NCBI GenBank assembly: GCA_965230935.1
Contig: OZ246400.1
Location: 246,359 to 310,358 of the forward strand
DNA: 64,000 bases
From: an uncultured Gammaproteobacteria bacterium
Lineage (GTDB): Bacteria > Patescibacteriota > Patescibacteriia > Magasanikbacterales > JBBTQS01
Direction: 5' to 3'
Numbering within the stretch: the first letter of the stretch is position 1; every line of letters starts with the position of its first letter. The notes below the pieces were generated by a model. The model worked only from the letters and a program-made list of their open reading frames with translations, did not search any database and was not told the origin of the DNA. The position numbers were made by a program, and so were the translations under genes. This document shows, one piece after another, positions 56,285-64,000 of the stretch.

Positions 56285-57676
56285 ATGCACGGATCTTCTG
56301 CAACAATTAAAAAAGTCTTTCTACTCTTGGGTGATGTAATTTTGCTCTATGGCGCCTTAGCACTGACCTTACGCCTGCGTTATGGCGCAGCTGACTTTGT
56401 CACCCAATGGGACGCGCACTTGCTACCATTTAGCATGATCTTTTTGCTGTGGATTGTAATCTTCTACATTAGTAGTTTGTACGACATCCAAAAGGCAAAA
56501 AATAATGTTCATTTTTATCGTCACTTTTTTGAAGCACTGATTGCTGCCGGCGCTATTGCCATTGGCTTTTTCTACGTAATCCCCTTCTTTTATATTGCGC
56601 CAAAAACAAACCTGGTGATTGTACTCGGTATTTTTGCATTTTTGTTTACCCTGTGGCGCATGGCATACAATCATTGGATTGCCCCACGATTACTTCGTCG
56701 TCGGTTGTTGTTTGTTGGTCGCACGGAAGAAGCTGAGGAATTGATTACTGCTTTTCAGGCTGATTCACAACTCGGGTATTTGCCGGTAGCATTGGTTGAT
56801 TTAACAGAACACGAAGGCAAACCAATTAAAAACGTTGAAATTTATAAATCACTCAAACATATCCGCGCCATTGTTACGGCATATGAGATCGATACGGTTG
56901 TGCTGGGAATTGATATTCACGAACAATCAGAACTTACTCAAGAATTGTATGAGTTAATCTTTTGGGACTTGGACATTGTGAACGTCAGCACATTATACGA
57001 GCATATCACAGGCCGTGTTGCACTCTCATCACTCTCTGAATCATGGTTTTTAGAAAATCTCAACTCCACACATACTCGACTGTATGACATTTTCCGCTGG
57101 GTCGTTGATTATGTTGTTGCTGCGGTCTTGATTTTACTTACCGCACTCTTAACGCCAATTATCGCACTACTCATTAAAAGTACCAGTCCGGGACCATTGT
57201 TTTATTCACAAAAACGAATTGGGAAAAACGGTAAGCCGTTTACGTTGTATAAATTTAGAACCATGAAAGCACTTTCAAAAGACGGTTCAGCTGAAGTAGA
57301 TGGTGCGCAAATGACCCAAGAAAAAGACGATCGCATCACACGCTTTGGTAACTTCTTGCGCAAGACCCGTATTGATGAGTTTCCTCAATCACTCAATATT
57401 TTAAAGGGTGAGATGAGTTTGATTGGACCACGACCAGAGCGCCAAGCATTTGTTGATAAAGTTGAGGGAACTATGCCATTTTTCACGGTTCGTAATATTG
57501 TTCGTCCTGGTATGACCGGCTGGGCACAAATTAATTATCCGTATGCGAAAAGTACGCGTGAGCTCCTGATCAAACTGCAGTACGATTTATACTATATTAA
57601 AAATCGCTCGATCATGATTGATATTGCGATCTTCTTGAAGACCATTAATGTGTTGGTGCGACGTAAAGGGATTTAG
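56285..57676 (+). CDS. polyprenyl glycosylphosphotransferase (WbaP/EpsB-like sugar transferase)
   Basis: 4-5 N-terminal TM helices; C-terminal bacterial sugar transferase domain (PGPLFYSQKRIGKNGKPF...KFRTM). Confidence 0.85.
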   Translation: MHGSSATIKKVFLLLGDVILLYGALALTLRLRYGAADFVTQWDAHLLPFSMIFLLWIVIFYISSLYDIQKAKNNVHFYRHFFEALIAAGAIAIGFFYVIPFFYIAPKTNLVIVLGIFAFLFTLWRMAYNHWIAPRLLRRRLLFVGRTEEAEELITAFQADSQLGYLPVALVDLTEHEGKPIKNVEIYKSLKHIRAIVTAYEIDTVVLGIDIHEQSELTQELYELIFWDLDIVNVSTLYEHITGRVALSSLSESWFLENLNSTHTRLYDIFRWVVDYVVAAVLILLTALLTPIIALLIKSTSPGPLFYSQKRIGKNGKPFTLYKFRTMKALSKDGSAEVDGAQMTQEKDDRITRFGNFLRKTRIDEFPQSLNILKGEMSLIGPRPERQAFVDKVEGTMPFFTVRNIVRPGMTGWAQINYPYAKSTRELLIKLQYDLYYIKNRSIMIDIAIFLKTINVLVRRKGI

Positions 57677-57700
57677 ACCACACCACATATCGTCATCATG

Positions 57701-57726
57701 CACACCACAACTGTGGTGTGTTTTGG
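57701..57726 (+). terminator. intrinsic terminator of the sugar transferase gene
   Basis: 9-bp stem CACACCACA-ac-TGTGGTGTG followed by TTTTGG. Confidence 0.7.
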
Positions 57727-57737
57727 TATGGCGCACA

Positions 57738-57766
57738 TTGACAATCTTCAAAAAATCTGCTATACC
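57738..57766 (+). promoter_or_regulatory. sigma70-like promoter of cassette H
   Basis: TTGACA (57738-57743), 17-nt spacer, TATACC. Confidence 0.55.
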
Positions 57767-57810
57767 ATGATCAGCTAAAACTCTGAAAGCCGAAAGGCAC
57801 CTGGAGGGCA

Positions 57811-58410
57811 ATGCCCACCTTTGAGGACTTGAAGCGCTGTCTTGTAATGGGAATGCGCGAGATTAAGCGACGTCATGAAGACGAGATGTATGAGCTGAGT
57901 GAGAAGCTGAACGACTTTTTGTACAGCATCCACGTCGCTCAATGGCAAAAGCATGATGACGCCGCCCCACTTCCCGAGGACTTCATCACCAAGACGCCCC
58001 CCGGAACACAGCTCACCTCCAAGGCGAGTGGCGTGTTTACCCGGATGCGGGCGTTTTTGGCGGAAAAAGACCTGGTGGCTGTCTACGACATCTATGTGAC
58101 ACCGGACAGTGACGGTGGCGCCACCTACACGCTCACGCGCAACGGCTCGCGACTCGAGCAAAAAAGGATCGCTGAGCTGGGCGACCCGGCGATCTTCAGT
58201 GAGATTGCCCTGGTCTGGCTGCCAAGGCAAAAACTCCACTCGAAAATCGGGCTTGACCTTGAGATCAAGGCGATCCGCGAAACCGCCATTGCGCAAGGCA
58301 TCTCGCCGGATGATACGGAGGCGTTCCAGGAGGCCACCGGCAAACACCTCGCTCTGGCAGCGGTAGGCCACCTGCTCAGAAGTGGAAAACTGCGAGACTC
58401 ATCGGACTAA
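57811..58410 (+). CDS. GC-rich orphan protein H (199 aa, unknown function)
   Basis: SD GGAGGG 3 nt upstream of ATG; GC-rich; own terminator. Confidence 0.7.
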   Translation: MPTFEDLKRCLVMGMREIKRRHEDEMYELSEKLNDFLYSIHVAQWQKHDDAAPLPEDFITKTPPGTQLTSKASGVFTRMRAFLAEKDLVAVYDIYVTPDSDGGATYTLTRNGSRLEQKRIAELGDPAIFSEIALVWLPRQKLHSKIGLDLEIKAIRETAIAQGISPDDTEAFQEATGKHLALAAVGHLLRSGKLRDSSD

Positions 58411-58426
58411 CAACTCACACAACAAC

Positions 58427-58463
58427 AAACCCACCAAGCGAACGCGAGGTGGGTTTGGGATTT
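58427..58463. terminator. hairpin terminator after cassette H (possibly bidirectional)
   Basis: 9-bp stem AAACCCACC-N12-GGTGGGTTT followed by GGGATTTT; the convergent minus-strand gene ends about 25 nt downstream. Confidence 0.7.
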
Positions 58464-58487
58464 TAAATTATTTGTAAACCTGTTTCC

Positions 58488-59339
58488 CTACTCAATAATT
58501 CCTGATTTAAACTTTTCAAGCTCTTGCTCAACGGTTGGCACTTCTTCGAGTGATTCACCCCGATCCTCAAGTATTTTGAGAAGACGCTCGTACTCTTCAA
58601 ATGCAGCAGTGTTTTGCGGTTCTAGTGCAGAAATCTTGGCGCGATCAGTCAGTGCTGCACGAATGTCATCAATAGATTCGTTGTACACTGCTCGAGACTT
58701 GAGTATTTCGTCAACACCAACCACAATACGATTTAACGCACGCGAATAAATTTCCAGGACCACACTTGGATCTGATTTCAAATTATACTGATGCACTTCT
58801 GCCAGCTTGACATAGTTAGCCGCAAGTCCGGGTGAAAGAGTGATCGCGCGCTCGTAAAACTCGATCGTTCGGTCATAATTGTTAAGCTCACGATGAATTC
58901 CGGCAGCGTTTTGATACAACAATCCATTATTCTCACCGAATAATTCGATCGCGTCATCATAAATACTAGCAGCATGTTGCAAACCGTACTCCAATCCATG
59001 AACTAACCCAACAGACTTCCAATAGCGTGCTGCTTCAATATGAGGGATCATGTCGTCTTTGGCATCAGTTCCAAACTTGGCTTTCCATTCATCTGCTTGA
59101 CGAATCAGATTAGCAACAGAATCCTGATCTTCTTGGGAGAGCTGCGCAACTTCTTTTTCAAATTTCGCATAGGCATACGACTCACTTTGGTAATACCATC
59201 CACCGGCTGCGAGTGCAATGACCAAAATGATAACTAACGTAAACACAAACCGCAATGAACGTGCCTGCTTTTTTTCGTGGGTACTTGGTTGCGTTGATGC
59301 TGGTTCTTGAGTGGTGTTTTCCATATGATTAGGCAACAT
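58488..59339 (-). CDS. membrane-anchored TPR repeat protein
   Basis: N-terminal TM then TPR-like helices (YYERAITLSPGLAANYVKLAEVH). Confidence 0.6.
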   Translation of the reverse strand: MLPNHMENTTQEPASTQPSTHEKKQARSLRFVFTLVIILVIALAAGGWYYQSESYAYAKFEKEVAQLSQEDQDSVANLIRQADEWKAKFGTDAKDDMIPHIEAARYWKSVGLVHGLEYGLQHAASIYDDAIELFGENNGLLYQNAAGIHRELNNYDRTIEFYERAITLSPGLAANYVKLAEVHQYNLKSDPSVVLEIYSRALNRIVVGVDEILKSRAVYNESIDDIRAALTDRAKISALEPQNTAAFEEYERLLKILEDRGESLEEVPTVEQELEKFKSGIIE

Positions 59340-60234
59340 TATAAAATTCTTTTACCTGACGAATTCCCTCTTCAATGTCCACTGACGGTGTCCAATTAAG
59401 AAGCTCTTTGGCAAGTGAGATGTCTGCTAAGGTGTCATGCGGTTCGAGTCGCGGTGGAATATATTCTGTCTCACCCCCAAACATAGCCGCAATATCATTG
59501 ATACTTTGATTGGCTCCTGCGCCAATATTGATTATCTCACCTTGGCCGGCCTTTTCACTGTTCATCGCTGCCAAGTTAGCACGCACCACATCGTCAACAT
59601 GGGTAAAGTCGCGGGTCTGGGTTCCATCACCAGTGATGGTAAGCTTTTTGCCTTCGCGAAGTTGGCGCACAAACACAGACATGACCGTGACGTATGCACC
59701 TTTCTCAGCCATACGTGGACCATACACATTAAAGTACCGAAGTGAAACGGTTTCTAAATTGTAGATCAAGGCAAAAAGACGGGCATAATGTTCGCCAACA
59801 TGTTTTTGCAATCCATACGGACTCATAGGGTTTGGAAACATATCCTCGCGTAGTGGCATTGGACTACCATCACCATACGCAGAGCTTGACGCACTATAGA
59901 CCACACGCTTCACCCCGGCATCGCGAGCTGCCACAAACACGTGCAGAGTGGCGTCGATATTATGCCCATGCGTTTCGATTGGATTTTCAATGGAGGTTTG
60001 TACCCGTGGGAGTGCGGCGCAATGGAATACACCATCCACGCCTTTAAACAGCGGACCAATCTTGTCGAGGTCTCGCAAATCTACATCATGATGAATAACA
60101 CCATCACGCAAATTTTCTTTTGCGCCGGTCAAAAAATTGTCGATCACATGGACGGTGTGTCCGTCTTTAAGGAGTGCATCGCAGATATGGGAGCCAATGA
60201 ATCCGGCTCCGCCAGTAACGAGGTAGGTCGCCAT
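59329..60234 (-). CDS. NAD-dependent epimerase/dehydratase (UDP-sugar 4-epimerase-like)
   Basis: YLVTGGAGFIGSH; SDR YxxxK; 301 aa. Confidence 0.8.
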   Translation of the reverse strand: MATYLVTGGAGFIGSHICDALLKDGHTVHVIDNFLTGAKENLRDGVIHHDVDLRDLDKIGPLFKGVDGVFHCAALPRVQTSIENPIETHGHNIDATLHVFVAARDAGVKRVVYSASSSAYGDGSPMPLREDMFPNPMSPYGLQKHVGEHYARLFALIYNLETVSLRYFNVYGPRMAEKGAYVTVMSVFVRQLREGKKLTITGDGTQTRDFTHVDDVVRANLAAMNSEKAGQGEIINIGAGANQSINDIAAMFGGETEYIPPRLEPHDTLADISLAKELLNWTPSVDIEEGIRQVKEFYNVA

Positions 60235-60323
60235 AACAGGAGTTTAAAGCTAAATATAGTGAAATAATACCCTATTTTTGCCTAAAGTGCAACTGGTTTT
60301 TTACCGTCAATAATCGGCTAAAA

Positions 60324-60352
60324 CTTGACAAATTTTCGTATTCATGGTAGGC
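60324..60352 (+). promoter_or_regulatory. sigma70-like promoter of cassette I
   Basis: TTGACA (60324-60329), 17-nt spacer, TAGGCT (weak -10). Confidence 0.45.
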
Positions 60353-60373
60353 TTACGCCACGTTCTTTGATTT

Positions 60374-60389
60374 TTGGCCCTCTAGGGCC
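60374..60389 (+). promoter_or_regulatory. perfect palindrome in the cassette I leader (candidate operator or RNA hairpin)
   Basis: TGGCCCT-ct-AGGGCCA between the promoter and the SD. Confidence 0.45.
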
Positions 60390-60413
60390 ACCACTTTTTG
60401 CCTTGGAGGCGCT

Positions 60414-61214
60414 ATGAAGCACCCGAGACAGTTGAGCAGGTTCGCTCTTTGGCTGAACATTGCCAGGCAGGCGTACCAGCGTTGGAATCACCGCCGTGCG
60501 GTGGTTCCAGCCCAGATGGGCTACCCGGACTCGTACCAGGAGCCCAAGGCCATCGAGGATCAGCTCCACATCCTGCGCCAGTACTTCCCCGAGCTGGGCG
60601 TTGCCCGGTTGGCGGACGCGCGCCAGGTGCTCCCTGAGGGCGCCGAGGGGTGGTTTGCCATCCCGAAGTGGCAGGCGCTGGGCGACACCTACTGTGAGGC
60701 GTTGCACCGCGTGTTTGCGGCGCTGCGCCAGAGCCGCTATGTGGAGGATCTGCTCAACCAGTTTGGGCCGGTCACGGATCTGCAGCTGCAGACCACCGAG
60801 CACACCCGCGACGCGATGAACTACATCGCCGCGGAGCAGGACCGCCGGACGTTCGAGGGGAACATCCTCATGATCCCCTGCCAGTTCGGCGCGAACCACG
60901 CGGGCGAGTCGGATCTTCGCGTGCGCGCCACGTTGCGCCACGACGAGTTCGCGCTCTCCACCTTCGCGGTGGCGTGCATGGTGTTGACCCACCCGGATCG
61001 GTTTGTCAGCGATGGCACCCTGGGTGTGCACTGCACCGGTGACGGCTTCAGCCAGATCACGCAGGACCACCGCGAGTTCCACGGCTTCTGCGACACGCCC
61101 TGCTTCTTCTTCGACCGCGGGAGCGACGGGCACGACAAGCTGTGGCTCAGCAGCGACCTGGTGCGGATCCCGCGATACCACACCGGGGCGGCCACCGGGT
61201 TCATAGTCGAGTAA
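60414..61214 (+). CDS. GC-rich orphan protein I (266 aa, unknown function)
   Basis: SD GGAGG 5 nt upstream of ATG; Cys/His-rich C-terminal half (HCTGDGF...HGFCDTPCFFFD). Confidence 0.7.
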   Translation: MKHPRQLSRFALWLNIARQAYQRWNHRRAVVPAQMGYPDSYQEPKAIEDQLHILRQYFPELGVARLADARQVLPEGAEGWFAIPKWQALGDTYCEALHRVFAALRQSRYVEDLLNQFGPVTDLQLQTTEHTRDAMNYIAAEQDRRTFEGNILMIPCQFGANHAGESDLRVRATLRHDEFALSTFAVACMVLTHPDRFVSDGTLGVHCTGDGFSQITQDHREFHGFCDTPCFFFDRGSDGHDKLWLSSDLVRIPRYHTGAATGFIVE

Positions 61215-61271
61215 CGCGTCGAGGCGCGGCCGACAACCCACCAGACATAAACCAATTCAAACAACCACTTC

Positions 61272-61310
61272 CCCGCCAAGGCGCACGCTGAGGCGGGTTA
61301 GTGTTTTTTC
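61272..61310 (+). terminator. hairpin after cassette I
   Basis: CCCGCC-N15-GGCGGG followed by TTAGTGTTTTTTC. Confidence 0.45.
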
Positions 61311-62149
61311 TTGCGATTTTTGATAACTTTAATCTTTTTAGCAAAAGAGTTTGGATAGTCTGTGTAAATTCCGACACGATAATCACCATCGTCCGGACGT
61401 GCCCACTTTTTCTTAATCTCGCCTCCTGGATAATATGGCAACTTGCCAATGGCAAAAAAGACTTGTTGAGGGTTTGTGTATACAAGCTTACCCGCCAAAA
61501 GTGCATTACGGTCAATTTCAGAAAGTAAAAATAATGTTTGATAAATCGCAACGAGCACCGCTCCAGCAAGCACGTTCATAAGTACGCTTCCGTCTCGCAA
61601 TTCAAATAACAACATGGCGATAATGAGTGAAAGTACAATCAAAATAAACCAATGCGTACCAGATACCACTGGCTTTGCCGTAAGTGATAGCTCTTGGTGA
61701 GTTTGATAGAGTGACTTTTTCTCATTCACCAAGTACGGATGGAGATTTTTTGCAACGTCTGTTTTGGGCTTCAGTAAATCCATGGCACTGATAATGTCTT
61801 TGAGATCATCTTTGCCATAGTATTCCAAAAACTGATAATCGAGTGATGCAATCATAAACGCATCAATTGCATTGGCTACTTTTTTAGCGCCAGCGCGACT
61901 GATTTGTTTTGCAGTTTCATAAACCGCCATCAATGTTGCATTAAGCTCTGCGATTAAGGTTTGCATGCGTAGATAATTGGACGTCGTGGTTCCAATAAAA
62001 AATCCAATAAGGATAACAAAGAACAATGCCACCACCGTAAGGATGGTTGCCACATCAAAAGTAAAATCAAAAAGTTCGACAAAAAAAGGACTGACAAATA
62101 GCAGGAGTCCAAGTACAACGTTCAAAAAAATCTTAAGGTGCTTGTGCAT
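61298..62149 (-). CDS. hypothetical membrane protein
   Basis: 283 aa; N-terminal and C-terminal TM helices; no recognised motif. Confidence 0.55.
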   Translation of the reverse strand: MHKHLKIFLNVVLGLLLFVSPFFVELFDFTFDVATILTVVALFFVILIGFFIGTTTSNYLRMQTLIAELNATLMAVYETAKQISRAGAKKVANAIDAFMIASLDYQFLEYYGKDDLKDIISAMDLLKPKTDVAKNLHPYLVNEKKSLYQTHQELSLTAKPVVSGTHWFILIVLSLIIAMLLFELRDGSVLMNVLAGAVLVAIYQTLFLLSEIDRNALLAGKLVYTNPQQVFFAIGKLPYYPGGEIKKKWARPDDGDYRVGIYTDYPNSFAKKIKVIKNRKKKH

Positions 62150-62185
62150 AGGTATCGCAAGTATACCATAGCGATGGCGTGCGCT

Positions 62186-62611
62186 CTACAAACTTTTTAT
62201 AAATGCGTCAGCTGAGTCAAAATGTTTGTTGAAAATCAAATACAAAGTTTCGGTTTCTTTTTGTTCACCCACCACAATACATTCTTTGCCCATTCCATAT
62301 GCTGCTCCGGCCTCCATGTGTGATGACTTCCCTGCTGGCAACAACAGAACCAATTTTTCTGAATCGCGTAGTGCGTTCATGTCAGTATCAAACACCTCGC
62401 GCACATCTGGATCAGTGCGCCAATCCTGTACTGCTTCAAACTTGGCCATGGCCTCTTCTGGATTGCAATTGAGATCGCCAACATGATTTTTTGATGCATC
62501 GGTTTCTAAAAAACAATAGACCTTTTTGCCTTTTTCGCGCATTTTAGCAAGTAAATCTAAGACAATGTCTTTGTTACGAAATCGGGAGGCAAGAAAATAC
62601 TCGTATTGCAT
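62186..62611 (-). CDS. nucleoside 2-deoxyribosyltransferase-like protein
   Basis: 141 aa; LLLPAGKSSHMEAGAAYGMGKECIVV resembles the NDT/Rcl-family nucleoside-binding core. Confidence 0.45.
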   Translation of the reverse strand: MQYEYFLASRFRNKDIVLDLLAKMREKGKKVYCFLETDASKNHVGDLNCNPEEAMAKFEAVQDWRTDPDVREVFDTDMNALRDSEKLVLLLPAGKSSHMEAGAAYGMGKECIVVGEQKETETLYLIFNKHFDSADAFIKSL

Positions 62612-62613
62612 AC

Positions 62614-63987
62614 TTACGACAGTGTTGGCGAACCAACCGCAATGATGGTATACCCTGCTTTTTGTAACTCAGCGTAATCATTTTGTACCATCCGACGACC
62701 ATCAACAATGCAATATGGCGCTGGTGCAAGTTCTTGAATGGTTTTGCCAACAGAACGGAATCGTGGCCAATCAGTAAGGATAAAACATGCACTAGTGTTG
62801 GTGATTGCCTCTTGCTCATTGTCATGACTGGTGATCTTGAGTCCATCAATAGCTGGGAGCTGGTCTGCTGACACTTCTGGATCATACACTTGAACTTGTG
62901 CAACCCCTTGCGCTTTTAACCACTCAAGTACCATTGGCCCGGCTGAGTTTCGAATATCATTGGTGTCTTGTTTAAATGCCATGCCAAGGACGGCCACACT
63001 CGCGCCTTTGAGCTGACATGTTTTTTCTTGGGCAACGCGGCTGAGAAAATCTTCAAAATGATTGTGATTGAGCGCAATGGCATTCTCTTGCATGGTAACA
63101 TCGGCTTGCTTTTGGGTAAGCTGATATGCCAAAGACTTGGTATCTTTTTCCAGACACGAGCCACCAGCGTAGAGACTGTCATAAAATCCCCAGTTGCCGA
63201 TGCGCTTATCAGAAGTGATGATCGAGCGAATATTTTCGAACTTCACATTGTCAAACTTCTCAGCAGTTCGTCCAACGACGTTGAAACAGGTCATGAGCCG
63301 ATTAAAGAGGAGAAAATTTGCCAGGAGTTTGCCGGCTGCTGCTTCGTGTGGATTGACTTCGATATACGGAATAGTGCTGCTGTTGTAAAACCGATCGTAA
63401 ATGTTTCGCATCACAACAAAATCTTGCTGGTTCCATGCACCAACCACGATTCGTGATGGGTGCAGATTTCCTTCGATTGCTTTTCCCTCAACGAGGAACT
63501 CTGGATTTGATACCACGCCAAAATTCTTTACCCCTTCTTTTTCAAGGACATCACTTGCATAGGTTGCGGTTTCGATTGGGACAGTGCTTTTGTTGACCAA
63601 AACAATGTATTTGGATTGATCGCCATTGTTGCGCTTGGCCATGGCAGTTGCAAGTTGCTCCAGGGCCGCGTCGTAGTACTTCATCTCGGTAGAGCCATCT
63701 TCGCGGTGCGGTGTTGGCACACAGATAAAGATTGCATCGGTGCTGTCAAGCTGACTCTCTACTTGAGTGTAATCTGTGGTAAAGCTGATGTTGTTTTTGT
63801 GTGAGATGAGCAGATCTGCCAAGCCGCGCTCGTATAGACAGGATTCGATCGTAGTTTTGTCGTTTGAGCCGAGTTTATCTACGCGCTCTTGGCTAATGTC
63901 AAAAACAAGCACGTTGTGCCCAGAGTCTGCCATGGCTGCTGCAGTTGTTGCGCCGACAAAGCCAGCGCCGATAAAGGTGAGGGTCAT
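62614..63987 (-). CDS. ugd: UDP-glucose/GDP-mannose dehydrogenase family protein
   Basis: LTFIGAGFVGATTAA Rossmann N-terminus, catalytic Cys region (ASTGCIFKN-like GGSCLEKD). Confidence 0.85.
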   Translation of the reverse strand: MTLTFIGAGFVGATTAAAMADSGHNVLVFDISQERVDKLGSNDKTTIESCLYERGLADLLISHKNNISFTTDYTQVESQLDSTDAIFICVPTPHREDGSTEMKYYDAALEQLATAMAKRNNGDQSKYIVLVNKSTVPIETATYASDVLEKEGVKNFGVVSNPEFLVEGKAIEGNLHPSRIVVGAWNQQDFVVMRNIYDRFYNSSTIPYIEVNPHEAAAGKLLANFLLFNRLMTCFNVVGRTAEKFDNVKFENIRSIITSDKRIGNWGFYDSLYAGGSCLEKDTKSLAYQLTQKQADVTMQENAIALNHNHFEDFLSRVAQEKTCQLKGASVAVLGMAFKQDTNDIRNSAGPMVLEWLKAQGVAQVQVYDPEVSADQLPAIDGLKITSHDNEQEAITNTSACFILTDWPRFRSVGKTIQELAPAPYCIVDGRRMVQNDYAELQKAGYTIIAVGSPTLS

Positions 63988-64000
63988 AGGTTATTCAAAA

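Noticed and set aside
60342-61279. Overlapping ORFs on both strands of cassette I (60342-61241 -, 60460-60819 +, 60821-61279 -), and similar ones inside cassettes H (57775-58371 -, 58109-58366 +) and E (31740-32156 +, 31816-32067 -)
   Set aside because: The same GC-driven open-frame artefact. Only one frame in each island has an SD-spaced start and a coherent non-repetitive protein.
1-64000. Search for integrases, transposases, inverted terminal repeats or tRNA-associated attachment sites flanking the GC-rich islands
   Set aside because: None found. The only tRNA (Glu, 41619-41690) is not adjacent to any island, so the islands are not classical integrative elements or IS insertions.

Overview
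This 64 kb window is a low-GC (roughly low-40s %), gene-dense, streamlined bacterial chromosome segment. Truncated housekeeping proteins (RpoA without an alpha-CTD, AlaRS without the C-Ala domain) and many glycosylation genes suggest a small-genome or Patescibacteria-like organism, but that is inference.

Housekeeping content I can support:
- fmt
- an S9-L13-L17-RpoA-S4-S11-S13-L36-IF1 ribosomal operon
- alaS, mnmA, secDF and secA, hpf
- murB, murC, murF and a murE-like ligase, a class B PBP
- glyA, folD, tsaE, cca
- a ZnuABC-like metal transporter and a PLD/cardiolipin-synthase-like gene
- one tRNA-Glu(CUC)
- five glycan-biosynthesis clusters (GT2, GT4 and GT-C transferases, Wzx, WbaP-like, UXS, epimerase, Ugd)
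- an S8 peptidase and a giant beta-helix-like surface protein
- a VirD4/TraD-like ATPase module

The outstanding feature is a set of 10 markedly G+C-rich single-gene cassettes: A, B and C in tandem at 950-4780, D at 8165-8700, E at 31760-32215, a 42-aa mini-ORF at 35000-35255, F at 46450-47740, G at 53255-54075, H at 57735-58460 and I at 60320-61300. Each sits in a host intergenic gap. Nine of the ten show a sigma70-type promoter (-35 TTGACA or TTGCTG, 17-bp spacer, TAnnnT -10; D's -10 is ambiguous and F's promoter is unclear), usually with a structured leader. All have a GGAGG-type Shine-Dalgarno site. Nine have a downstream GC-rich hairpin, seven of them followed by a T tract.

The encoded proteins resemble nothing I recognise. 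B and C are membrane-anchored paralogs sharing a C-terminal WFMRRW...YRYW domain. F carries an internal tandem repeat, G is a lipoprotein, and E and the mini-ORF are tiny membrane proteins.

No integrase, transposase, CRISPR array or rRNA is visible. Whether the cassettes come from horizontal transfer from a high-GC donor, form a dispersed novel system, or are engineered insertions cannot be settled from the sequence alone.
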